Source: Chrysomallon squamiferum (lineage: Eukaryota; Animalia; Mollusca). Taken from it: a stretch of 64,000 nt of DNA. The notes beneath the pieces were generated by a model, which did no database searches, was not told the origin of the DNA, and saw only the letters and a list, made by a program, of their open reading frames with translations. This document shows positions 28,672-41,280 of this stretch, one piece after another (position 1 is the first letter of the stretch; every line of letters begins with the position of its first letter). The position numbers were made by a program, and so were the translations under genes. Where the stretch lies: NCBI GenBank assembly GCA_012295275.1, contig CM022672.1:27528001-27592000 (forward strand). Direction: 5' to 3'.

Positions 28672-29706
28672 TTTTGTTTTTGTTTTTTGTTAATTTTATT
28701 TCTGAAGTTTAAAACATGTTTATCAAGTATTTGTATATGTCAGTTTATATAACTAACATTTTGTTAAAATTTGTTGAAAATAAACTTTCAAAATAAGAAA
28801 GTGTTGATGTTTTATTTGTTATATATATCCATAGTATGTAAAATTTGTAGCACTAATCTATTGTATTAATAAAAATGTTAATAATAAATCAGCATATATA
28901 ACACAGGTTTCTTGCAAAGAGACCGAAAATATGTGTAAATGGTACTTACATAAATTGAATATTAAAATTACTGTATTAGTTCATTTATTTTTATTATGGA
29001 AAATTATGAAACATTTAGAGTGCATTAATAATAACAAGCAAGCTAAAATGCAGAACATCAGAATATTGATACTAGACATCTTTTTCATTGCTTTATTGGA
29101 CTGTATTTCAGTACAAAGCAATACCTTTTAGCATACCGGTATATATTCTTTAAATCAAAATCATGTAATACATTAATTCACAGCCTATGAATATAGGTCA
29201 GTAGAACTGTATTGTATTTATGATGTCTTAAACACTAAATCTGTAGGCTGTGCATTAATAAAATTGTATCAAACATATTTTACAAATGTCCTGAATTAAA
29301 AGAAATCATTTGGGCTGTTACTTGACATAATTCCTTTATTACTACTGTTCCTTGTTTTATTATAAAATAAGAAGTTTTAAAGCTATTTCCATTTAGTGTT
29401 ACCAGATTATTCTAGTCAATCTAAACAAAATAAAATTTTAAAACTTACTCAAAACCATTTGCTCCTTGAACTCTAGACAAGTTACTGGACCATGATGCTC
29501 ATGGATTTTGAATCAAAATTCTTCTTCAGATTCATGAATATCAATTAAAACTGCATGTACATTATTGTAAAGAGATGAAAACTGGATGTAAATGTATGAG
29601 ATTACGGCAGAAACAAATTATTTTCCTTTTTAATGTTAAACAAGACATCAACGAGAACAAAAGTCTTCTTGCAATTTGCTGATTATGTTTCCTTGGTTTG
29701 TTTCAG

Positions 29707-29843
29707 AATATTTCAAATCCATCTGTCAGAAGTTGGCTTGGCAAGAACTTTCAACCAGCAGTTATAACAGCAAATTTCACCAAAAGTGCTTTCAAGCAAG
29801 GCACTCCAGAAGTTACATGAAACATAAAAAGCTGACTTTCTGA
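29707..29843 (+). CDS. BEN C-terminal variable exon P15: EYFKSICQKLAWQELSTSSYNSKFHQKCFQARHSRSYMKHKKLTF*
   Basis: tttgtttcag acceptor, phase 1, full motif. Confidence 0.8.
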
Positions 29844-31335
29844 TCAAAATATTTCTAATAGATATATTAATGGATCTGAAGTTAAAAAAAATCAAAAATG
29901 GATCAAAAGATACTGACAGATCTTGGAACGTTATGTATAAAGGTTATCATTTATATTATGATATGTTGAAATAATCATGTAATTTTTTTTTTTTTACTAT
30001 GTTATTATATGTTAAGATAATAATAAAATTTTAATTCTAATAGATAATAACAGTGATGTATGTGAAGAGGATTGAAACAGTATTTGAAGACTCAGAAACA
30101 CGTATTATAGAATTTTCATCAGTGTTGAGATGAGTTAACATAATAGTAATACAATTCTTGGCTGTCTATGAATAACTGCTGTATAAATATGCTCATACAA
30201 TTGTGAAAAATGAAATATTTATGAAAAATAATTATAGTGATCATAAAATGCAAAGGTAGAAACTTGTGATGATAAAGATGGCAATTTGATAAACTATACA
30301 AATAATTTTAAAACTATAGGTTGTGAGTTGTGATCAAAATGATGCAGACTATGTGGACATAAGAGTTTTAAAAATGATCGATTATCAAGTTAACAAAATT
30401 TTATTGTTGAAAATCATTTCTGGTTTTGGAAAGTTCTTTTTTTTTGCATTAATTGTTGTGATATGTTCATTTAAATATTTTAATAATTAATTTTTTAAAG
30501 TTGTAAGTGTTGTTCTAGATAATTGTGACACAGTTATTAAAATGTTTTTAAAAATTACATGTCTTGTGTTTTGATTTAAATGAGAGCAATAATCTGATGT
30601 TTGTTCATAGCTACACAGTCCCCTTCACTTCATAACATCAGAAAAAACATTTAATAAGCAGCTAAATTTTAAAACGTGATTTCTTTATTTATTTTTTTAT
30701 AAGACTTTGATTATTATTAATTTGGTGTTTTGAAACAGGTTTTGGTAAGAGGATCAGTCCTACTGGGTTATTTTGAATTTCAGCCATTGTCTTGTATATC
30801 TGTTTGTGAATTGTATTTTTCCCTTTCTGTGGGAAGGTGCACTTAAAAAATTTCTTGTGCTAATGATAGTCATTACAAAGTGCATCACAAAATGATTTTA
30901 AAAAATTGAAAACAAGCAGTGTACTCTCTAAATAAAATAATATATTTATTTTTTCTCTGTAAATAGTTTTTATATATTATTATTTTATCTTTTGTTATTT
31001 TTTATATTTACCATATAATTATTTTATATTACATGATATTTGCACTTGTATATATTCATTTCATATACACCCACTGAAAATTAACAATAATGTTAAGCAT
31101 AATCCGATGCAGAAATATGCATCCATGGGTTTTTTGGCATATTGTATTTTGTATTGGAGTCTTCCAGTATTTTGTTTTAATTGCAAGATAAAATTCAGCA
31201 AAAATTAAGTCAAATCTGTAAAATTAAATTTGCCCGAGTATTCAAATAAAACACTCTTTATAAAACCCTGTTTACAAATTTAGTTTTAAGAAAAAAAAAA
31301 CCAAAACCTCCCAAATGCCTAAACAAACATATATA

Positions 31336-31628
31336 CAGGTACCGGACCAATTATCTAGATTCCTTTGGGGCCTGAGGCATTCAGTACCAAGACACCTAAA
31401 TCATTCTAAAATTAAAAACATAAAAAAAATTGAAGATATGGAACTCTGGCGACTCAACACGTAAAAAATGTGGCGAGTGAATGAATGCCATGTGGCTTGA
31501 AAGAGTAGTTTCAGTCTGGTGAGGACAACAGCTGCACATGCAAACTATGAAAATAGTGTCGGGGCAAAAAACTTCCAGTTTTCTAGTCTTTCTGGATTTC
31601 AGGAACCGGATAATTGGTCCACTACCTG
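31336..31628. mobile_element. MITE / non-autonomous DNA transposon with ~29-bp imperfect TIRs and TA target-site duplication (Tc1/mariner-type ends)
   Basis: Left TA|CAGGTACCGGACCAATTATCTAGATTCCT; right AGGAACCGGATAATTGGTCCACTACCTG|TA (reverse complement CAGGTAGTGGACCAATTATCCGGTTCCT); no transposase ORF. Confidence 0.8.
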
Positions 31629-32044
31629 TAAATACACTTACTGTTTTATGTTGTAAGCTTAGGTAAAATTCATCAGCAGCATCTATAAACTAAAATTCCT
31701 CCCAAATAGTCCTACAAAAAACTGGTTACATACAGTTTACTAAATTTACCTTTTTCTCTTCAGCCAGTTGTTTGAGTTATTATGGCACAGTCTGAGAAGA
31801 TTACAGTTAATATGGACATATTTCCAATCAGAAGGTTGTTTTTCAGTTTCTGTTTTATTTAGTTTGGTTTGACTCATTCAGGTTTTAGTGAGAATATATT
31901 TTCAGAATTTTTTTTATTAATAATGTGTCCTCTCCTTTTCATTAGAAATCTTTTCCTATTTTTTCTTTCAGTTCTTAATTTCAGCCCTAAACCACACAAA
32001 CATGGATCTGTTGATGCTAAAAGAGTTTTGTGTTTTGTTTTCAG

Positions 32045-32190
32045 AATATTTTTACAAATCATGCTTCAAGAACAACTGGTCTCCTCTCCATCGTGCACTG
32101 TTTGTGAAAAAGTTCAGTAACAAGTGCACGAAGGCGCGACTCAAAGTGCAGGACAAAGGCAAACAAAGGTTAAACACGGGACTCTGTTGA
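32045..32190 (+). CDS. BEN C-terminal variable exon P16: EYFYKSCFKNNWSPLHRALFVKKFSNKCTKARLKVQDKGKQRLNTGLC*
   Basis: tttgttttcag acceptor, phase 1, full motif. Confidence 0.8.
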
Positions 32191-32380
32191 AAAATGAATT
32201 TGTAGTACTTGGACATGGGCATCTGATTAAAAACAAAAAATAATTAATAATAACAATGAAAGTAATAATATAAATAATAATAACAATAATAATATGTAAT
32301 AAATAATAAATAATAATAATAAAATAATTATAATAATTAAAAAATAATAATAATAGTAAACAATAATATTAAATAAATAT

Positions 32381-32411
<31 letters not shown>

Positions 32412-33339
32412 ATGTACACACATTTCTGAAATACTTGTATTCTAAAGAGAAAATTTCAGCTAGATGTGCATTAAATTAAAGTAAAAATATCAAATTTGCA
32501 TGGAGGACTTAAGGATTTTTTTTTAATCCTTCCCCACAACCTTATTCTGGTTTTTCTCAGCATTCATGACTAGTTCCCAGTGACCAAGATTTGAATGGTT
32601 TTGAAAGCATATTGTGTTTTATTTTTGAAATATTGTCATATGATGAGTATTTTATATACATGCCCACTGAGTGTGATGTAGGCCATTTACCAGTGCAAGT
32701 ATCTACATACACATCCACCTTCTAATAGGATCAGTTTATAATTCTTAGTGTAAGTACTAATTTATTCTGTAACATGGTCCAGTTTTTTAGTTTGTCTTTT
32801 TAATGTGTGCAGTCATGATGTCAGGTGTTATTTAGAATTCTTAGCAGTGTAAGATATTTGTATTCTGTAAGCAGTTTTTTATTTTTTTTACTTTTATTTT
32901 TTATGTGTACAATCACGTCTGCATACTGAGTAGCATCTTTGATTTCATCTGAACTGTTTAAATTATCAGTCAGTCACACAATCAGAAAAGGTATCTTGAA
33001 ATGAGACAGTCATTTTTACTTTAAAGTAAACAAATAAATAAATAGTTATTTGTATATTTTATTTTTTTTATGTTACTAGAAGTTATTTATAATTAAAGTA
33101 AAAAAATAAAAAAATATAAAAAATCAAACAGAGAAGCAAAAATATCATAATAAAAAAGAAAATAAAAAAAATGTTTGGCAAATAAAAATAACATCACACT
33201 GTTTAGCTTAGAGTACAAGTACTTGAAAACCTGTTACGTTTAACATGGTCTGTTATTATTTTTATTTTTTATTTTGAAGGTCTGTTATTTCTACAGTGCA
33301 TTTTATAAGATGTTTCTTTTTTTATTTTGTTTTTTTCAG

Positions 33340-33485
33340 AATACTGCCAGTGGGTGTGCAGCGGACAGACATGGAGTGAATTACCTCCGTCCATCTTCTA
33401 CAAGAAATTTCACAAAAAGTGTTTCCAAGCAAGACATTCCTTGGGTTTTGCACACAAAACATACTGCCGGAGGGTGCCTTTTTAG
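33340..33485 (+). CDS. BEN C-terminal variable exon P17: EYCQWVCSGQTWSELPPSIFYKKFHKKCFQARHSLGFAHKTYCRRVPF*
   Basis: ttttttcag acceptor, phase 1, full motif. Confidence 0.8.
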
Positions 33486-34735
33486 TTTCTGCAACCTAAA
33501 CCTTTTAGCTCAGATATTAACACAGCTAACACACTTTTAACTGAAAGCAGGATTACCACAAACATTGCTTCAGTCAGATGGTTAATTATGAAAGTCTCCA
33601 TTTTCACAGAAGTCATGATTTCTGTCCAGCCACTGGATTGGTTCTATTTAGACAACTACAAATGTTACAATCATTCTGACTGGTAGAAATGAAAATCTTT
33701 ATTTTTATTATTTTATTTATTATGTGAAACATTATCACAATGTCTGATAAGTTTGTAATTATAGAAAAAACAAAGTGAAAGGGATTCAAATGTTTCACCA
33801 GATTGATCAAGACTTTCAGAAAACAAGGTGAACAAATGAGGTGATGTGATGCAACATGCATGAATAATCATTCCAGAGTTATGTCAGATCTTTGTTGTTT
33901 TAGTTTACTTTTTCTTTTATTATTATTAATATTATTTATTTATGTATTTATTTTATTTATTTTAACATTAAAATACCAAAGAAAAAGGAGAAAAAAAGAT
34001 CAGTAGAGAAATAAATATTTATATCTTTAACTGAATTTTTCCCTCTCCTTCATAACAATATACCAGTATTTTTATTATGTTTTTTTAATTTGAAACCAAA
34101 AATCTCTATGGTTTTCCCATGTTACTTTAAGAAAATGACTTAAATATGTTCTGATAACCAAACTGAATGTTTGTTTTTACTTTGTTTAGGGCTTTGTTCT
34201 GTATGTATGAGTGTGTGTGTGTGTGTGTTTACATTTATTGTAGATGTTAAGACACAATTTTATATCATGTTTCTCAATCCAATAAATGTGGATTTAGTTG
34301 TCAGTTGTTGTTTTTTATGGGTTTTTTTTGTTTTTTTGACAGTTTTTTATTTTATTTTTTTATTGTTCTATGTTGATATAAAAAATAACAAACACTCTAC
34401 TTTGGTCTAACAAAGAACAATAAATGTTTTTATTAAATGTTAATGATAAAATATTATAAAACGATTTAAAATACAGTCAAAAAACAAGAAATGGATATTA
34501 TACTTTAACTCTTTGAATACCCTTACTGAGAGTATCCAGGCAAAATGGCCAATATTTGCAATATCCATTGTCAGTATCTACAGTTTGACTGGAGTTATTA
34601 ATTAAAAACAACACTTCAGTCAATATGGATAGAAAAAAAACAAAAAAAACATTTAATTATTTTTCTGTGAAAGAAACAATTCATTCAATACCGTTAGTAA
34701 AAACCATTCCAGGTTTTTTCCATGAATGATACAGT

Positions 34736-34869
34736 TCAGTCAATACAGATAGGATAAAACATTCCAGGTTTTTTCCGAGAATTTGTTATTTTATTCCATA
34801 CTTTCTTCACAAACTCTTTATGCTCCATTTGTGGCCAGTCTTGTCGCTGACACGTCAGACTGATGTATT
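34736..34869 (-). CDS. BEN C-terminal variable exon (cis) M2: EYISLTCQRQDWPQMEHKEFVKKVWNKITNSRKKPGMFYPICID*
   Basis: tctttgcag acceptor, phase 1, full motif. Confidence 0.85.
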
Positions 34870-34939
34870 CTGCAAAGATCAAGAAAACATGGTCTCAGTG
34901 TGAGCAAAAATAATTCATTTTTATACTGAGAAACCATCC

Positions 34940-35385
34940 AAATAGCACCAGCATTGATTCACTCATAAATAAATAGCATCTCCAGTATCAATTCACTCAT
35001 AAATAAATAGCATCTCCAGTATCAATTCACTCATAAATAAACAGCACCTCCAGTATCAATTCACTCATAAATTAATAGTTTCACTATCATTAACTCATAA
35101 ACAAATAGTTCCAGCACCAATTGACTCATAAATAGTTCCAGTATTAATTGACTTATAAATAAATAGCACCAGTATCAATTCACTCATAAATTAAGTTCCA
35201 GTATCAATTCACTCATAAATAAATAGTTCAAATATCAATTTATTCATAAATAAATAGCACCTCCAGTAACAATTCACTCATGAATAAATAGTTCCAGCAT
35301 CAATTAACTCATAAATAGTACCAGTATCAATCCATTCATAAATAAATAGCAGAACCAGTTTCAAGTCCCTAATAAATAAATAGTA
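34940..35385. repeat. Minisatellite, ~28-34-bp unit (CCAGTATCAATTCACTCATAAATAAATAGCA..)
   Basis: About 14 degenerate tandem copies immediately upstream (minus-strand sense) of exon M2. Confidence 0.85.
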
Positions 35386-36077
35386 ATAAAATGTATATAT
35401 AAATAAACTATATTGTCAATGTTATATTTAAAACAACACTGACAATAAAGTTTATTTATATTTTTTATATTATAGTAAAATTTGCCAAATGTAAGTTCAA
35501 GTCATATATTTTAATGTACTATAAATCACGTTAGTTTGTATAGGCTATCCCAACAAACCAAATAGGAATGTGCTCTGGTTCACTTCCGCTACAACTGTTG
35601 AACACAGTTTCATGTTAAGGTATGTTTTAGTCATGTGGAAACAAGATAAATCTAATCTGATTTCATTTCTGAAGAAGGTTATCATAGATCATGACTGACA
35701 CACTGCTAAATGTTAACATTTAAAAATAGTTTTATTTCCTTGTCACAGTCTTTGTTTCATTCTTCATGTTTTAAATGCTTTCACAGAAAATCCATCCCTG
35801 AATTAACATTATATTTTATTTAAATACTGTTTTTCACTTTTAGTATAGAAATAAATAATAAATTTAAAAAAAAGAAATAAGAAAAAGAACAAAATCTAGG
35901 GTCTAAAAAAAAATAATAATAATAATAAAAATTAATAAAAGAATTCAGGAAGTATCAAAGTTTGTGGTTCTTAACCCTTTTTTCAGTGCCCCCCCTTTTT
36001 TTTCTTTTACATTTTATACTGATCGTAGAAATACAATGACAATGAATGATGTAGTGAAGTTATAACATATATTATTA

Positions 36078-36229
36078 TCAACATTTCAAATCTTTAGATA
36101 CATTAAACTGGGAAGCTTGAACACTCTTCCGGGATCTTTTGTGTGAACATTTATTGGTGAATTTTCGGTTGAGTTCTTTTGCTAAAAGTTGTTGGTATCC
36201 TTTCTTTTTGCAAACTAAGCGGGTATATT
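36078..36229 (-). CDS. BEN C-terminal variable exon (cis, same strand) M1: EYTRLVCKKKGYQQLLAKELNRKFTNKCSHKRSRKSVQASQFNVSKDLKC*
   Basis: ttttatttcag acceptor, phase 1, motif Y2/C7/K23-F24/N26-K27/R32. Confidence 0.85.
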
Positions 36230-36515
36230 CTGAAATAAAACATGAAGCAACAGTCAAACTAAGTTATTGAGCTACTCTTAAAAGGGTTTCCCCAGTAACC
36301 CAGCACAAACAAATTTAAAAATGGGATGCTGAAATAATGACAAAATAAAAAATATATATCTGACTTACTAAATAAATGAAGAAAGTGATATTCTGATAAA
36401 AGCTCATTCAATGTGAAATCTGATTATGTTAAAATAATTTATTATTAATATTATTATTTGTTTGTTTTTTTACAAAGAATTATGTTGGCTTTATAATCTA
36501 ACAACAACGGTTTAA

Positions 36516-36560
<45 letters not shown>

Positions 36561-36906
36561 GCCCCCAAAATTAAACTAACCCTGACAATATTATCACAAT
36601 AAAGATAAAATATTCAGTTTATTTTTTTCACTATATTATCAGTAACATCATCATCATCATCACAATTACAAGATAAAATAAATATAGTCTTAGACTTGCA
36701 CTTAATTTCAGTTGAATGGTCAACCAAGCAAACACACACAAATAAATTAATGTAAAAAACCCCCAAAACTACTACCACAACTACTTCTATTACAACTACT
36801 CCTACTATTATTGCTGCTAATACTACTGCTACAACTGCTATTACTACTACTACTAATAATAATAATTTAAAAAATGAAGGTAAAAGAAAAACAGAATTGT
36901 ATTGAC

Positions 36907-37165
36907 CTCGTATTGCGTCCACCCTGACTGGGTCTAATGGTCGCTGCTGTTCAGATTCTCGTTTCCTTGGTTTCATTCCTAGACCGGTGGAGCTGGCTAG
37001 TTCACTGGGTGAAAAGAGGAGATCAATGACCAGGTTGAGGAGGGCGCTGGAAGGGTCGCGACTGTGAATAGCTCGGATTTCAGCTTCCACCAAAGCATTT
37101 CTGTTCACTTTGACTGATGCATATTTTTTGGCAATTTCAGGTTCTGGATCAAGAATTTTTGAGGC
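36907..37165 (-). CDS. Shared exon encoding the N-terminal part of a BEN domain
   Basis: ttatttttag acceptor (phase 0), 259 nt, phase-1 donor CGAG|GTCAAT. Peptide ...SALLNLVIDLLFSPSELASSTGLGMKPRKRESEQQRPLDPVRVDAIR matches the BEN pattern (L..LF...EL...S..G.....LDP..V.AI) but lacks the C-terminal helix. Confidence 0.85.
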
Positions 37166-38251
37166 CTAAAAATAACAGGAGATGTGCAGTTTGCTTGACA
37201 ATGTCACTGACTGGACTGATTGCAGTGCAATACGATATAAATTTGGTAACTGAACTGTTGAAACATTCATGGTTTTAGTGAAAAAACTATCCTTTTAGTA
37301 GTATTTTAAGGTATGATTTACTTAATTATAATAAACGACTTTAGCACCTTACCATTGATATAAGATATTCTAAAGAGAATCTGAACTATGATGATGACTT
37401 AATTTTAACTGTTATGTTAGTTTATAAAATAAAATTGATACATTTATACACTAATTTTAAGTCCATTTATTTTCAGTGTAAATATCCAATAAATATATTT
37501 GTGGTGTTCTGTATATCTGATTAATTGATTAACTAATTAAATTATTATTATTATTATTATTTGAAATAAAAAATAAATAAAATCTTGAACACTTATAAGT
37601 TTAGATTTCAGACAGTCTAGAAAACAATGTTTAATCATGTATTAAGTCTATTCTGGCTTAAATTAAACACTCAAATACACCTTTTCCTAATGTTTAAATA
37701 ATTATGATACTTCAGAAAACTGTGCATCGTACAAGATGACAAATTATAATTATTCTGATATTATTTTTACTGTGTGGGTGGTTTATGCAATTTTATTAAT
37801 ATTAAAGTAGCATCCCTCACAGATAAAAAACAATAAAACATAAAAAAAAAATAAATAAACAATAATAACAATAAATAAAGAAATAATAATAATAATAAAA
37901 AAAAAATTAAATAAATAAATAAAAAATTAAAAAAACATAAAGTAAAAAAAAAAAAAAAAAAAAAAAAATAATTAATTATATTTTGCTATCGATGCAAAAG
38001 AAAATGCTGCATACATTATTGTAATATAATGAAATGTTTATGTTTTCAAAAAGCTTGACTGGTCAAATGAAAGAACATTTTATATACACACACTGCTTAA
38101 AGAACAAAATCTACTTTCAAATGTCCGTAATTTGTTTTTAAATGTTAAGACTGATCTAGAAACTATCTGTGCCGATTTCATTTTGATGTAGAAAAAAAAT
38201 AATAAAAGCTAAAAACTATTTACCTTGATTTATATCAACAGCAGCAAAATA

Positions 38252-38294
<43 letters not shown>

Positions 38295-40964
38295 ACAAAG
38301 GTACGTGTGTGTGTCTGTGTGTGTGTGTGTGATATCAATAAAAATAAATGTTAATTATAGTATTCTGTGTATGAAAATTGAAAAATATAGTTCTTTCTGA
38401 GAACACATATTTAACAAAAAATTTCCAATTTAAAAAACAACAGTACTCATCAAAAAATGTTTTGCCAAAACTGAACTGATTATTTATTCCAAATAGAGTA
38501 CATTACATGATGAAATTAGGCTTACAACTTCAAAGGTTTTTTTTTAATTCATAATAAGAAATATTAGGGAAGGACTTAAATTGTTAAATGGAATGGGTAC
38601 ATATATCCAATAAATTTATGTCATATTATTATTACTCAAAGCAACTACAGAATGACTCAAGCTAAATCAGGCATTGGTCAAACAGTTGTTATTCAAAAAT
38701 GTATAGAAAATTAAAAACCTCCACAACCACACAAACATTTAATTTTTTTCTAGAAGTCATACAATTTGAATAGCTATAATTACACTAAAGTTTATAAAGT
38801 AGGCATTTTACATTTTCCAATGAGATGGAGTAAGTTAATTTCTAAAACAAATTTTTTGTTGTTGTAAAATGCAGATTTGATTACCAGTTGGCTAATGCTT
38901 TAGAATTGTATTTTTCAGTTTTTATAATGCAAATCAAGACCAAATTTTTATATTCAGTACAGATGGAACTATGAAGTACACTGGGTTTGCAAGCAATTCC
39001 ATTTTACTCGATACTGGTCTCCCTTTATATCAGTTCTCTGAGCCACAATCCATTAATGAAAAGCCATTATGTAACTGATCTTTTTATTATAAACTACAAC
39101 ATTATTTCACAGACAAACTGAGGATAATTTAGCCTGTATGCTGAATTTTAAAGCTTAAGGTATAAATAAACTGTGAAAATGTTAGACAATGAAGGCAAAT
39201 GCTGCACCGAGTAAAGACGTATTAACATTTATTACATCTACATATGTGTGTTTGTGCATAAACGTCCCCATTTATGTATTCAAATGTCTGTAGGCATGGG
39301 TATGATAAATTCCAACAAATACTACTGTACATAAATAATAATAAAAAAATATAATAATAAAGCAAAAAAAAAAAAAATGTCTCCATTTAAAAATCTGCTG
39401 TTTAGAAAGCCACAAACATAAGTAGTTTTAAAAGCATATAAAGTTCTTTAAAAGCATTTCATTTTCCACCTGTGTTATTTATATCATACCAACTTACTAT
39501 GTATTAAACATCTGTAGTTTCAAGTGCACAATAAATAATTTTCTTTAAAAGGTTTTCATATGCCACATATGTTATCTACATTATGTCAACTTACTACACA
39601 TTCACTATAAATCTAAGAATTTATGATTTCATGTGGTTAATGATGTCTGGGTCAAAGAATGACAAACCAGTTAATAAATCTAAATAATAAACTATCCTTG
39701 CCAGTTTGATGCAGAAAATACAAAAATAATAGCCATCAAAAAATAAAGCAGAATAAAATAAAACAAAAACTGTTTAACCTTGATTTATATCTACAGTAGC
39801 AAAATAATATATATATATTTTTTTATATAATTAAGATCATTGTATAGAGGTATTGGTGTGTGTGTGTGTTAATTATGGTATACCACGTACCAAAACAACA
39901 GCTCTCTAAGAATTTATTTCATATCCTTATTTCTTTTCCTCAGAAGTATTTATTTATTTATTATTTTTGACACAAAACAGAAAGAATGTAATTTCCATTG
40001 ATTTTATTTTCTATTCCACTAGCAGAAAATTTGCAATATACAAATACAGACTAATATATAAATGAATATATTAATCAATTCTAACAACAACAGAAGGAAA
40101 AAGTGAAAAGATTGTATTCATAATAATGCAAAACATGTTCTAACAATATAAAAATGTTCAGCATGCAACATGTAAGCCTTACTGAGATGCCAATTGAGTC
40201 CAAAAAATAAATAAGGATAATCATAGATAATTCACCATTTTCTGGATAACTAAATGAACAAATCTTTGTATTTCTGGATTACAGTTTAAGAATACCGAAG
40301 AAAAAACAACACCAAAATTGATAATAGTCACTTCATTATTATTGATAAAAACTTCATGAATAGTTTTCAGTTAAAATACACTACAAAAAGAAAATAGAAG
40401 AAAAAAAAAGAGAATAATTTAAAAAAAACAGAAGCTGTAGAGGTCATAGACACACATTTTACTTGTAGAAGTTGTATGATTGTTAATCGTCTACATAAAG
40501 GTAATGTAACATCACCTGACAGTTTATCTCATCTGTACTGACATGATGACATGACATCCTCAGCAGCTGTCAGTTACAGTTAACTGTACTCATGATCACA
40601 TTTTACCTTCACAGATTTCAGTGACTTTTTAATATTATTCACAGGAAATTAGACCAAAAGAGAACAATGCATTGCTTGCATTCAGTTTCATCATTTAAGT
40701 AACTTCCACTGTTCTCAGCTGTCATTAACAACTACTTATGTATTTTCAGACATATTTCTCTGTCTACAGTTTTACACACTGTTTACTGAACATTTCATCA
40801 TCTTTGATGAATATTTTAACCCATTTTACTGTTGCTATACAGATATCTATAGGGTTAGCAAAGATATTATATACTGATTAAAGAAACGGGCTATATTTTC
40901 TGATTTCACAACAATTAAAGCACAGATCATCTCTTATGGAATTTTAACATTTCTATAAAGCTGT

Positions 40965-41185
40965 GGTGTTAACAAAGATTTTTACCATCAGCATTAAAGA
41001 AACATATTACATTTTCTGCTTTCTCAAACATTTTATTAAAACCATAAACCACAGTTTACTGAATTTTATCATTTCTTAAAACTGGTATTAACAAAGATTT
41101 TTACCATCAACATTATATTTTCTGCTTTCTCAAACATTTTATTAAAACCATAAAACAATAGTTGACTGAATTTTACCATTTCTGT
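40965..41185. repeat. Tandem duplication of ~110-120 bp in the 3' region of ZnF exon B
   Basis: TTAACAAAGATTTTTACCATCA...TTTTCTGCTTTCTCAAACATTTTATTAAAACCATAAA...ACTGAATTTTA repeated, with more degenerate copies on either side. Confidence 0.75.
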
Positions 41186-41280
41186 AAAAATATAGAAATC
41201 TTCATTAAAAAAGCACTATATTTTCTGTACTGCTTTTCCAAACAATTCATTAACAAATAAACCATCTTTGTGTCACTGCC

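Noticed and set aside
1189-34410. Most other 60-136-aa ORFs in the supplied track
   Set aside because: Low-complexity F/L/I/Y-rich translations of AT-rich intronic DNA and microsatellites, or off-frame/antisense shadows of real exons.
36363-36368. GTAAGT pseudo-5' splice site (minus strand) in the intron after the shared BEN exon, reminiscent of U1-binding elements in mod(mdg4) trans-splicing
   Set aside because: A 6-mer is expected by chance in this AT-rich DNA; conservation data would be needed.
36614-36906. Hydrophobic Val/Leu-rich extension of the BEN ORF that looks like a transmembrane segment
   Set aside because: It is read-through into an intronic (TAG/TTG)n-like simple repeat after the 36907 donor.
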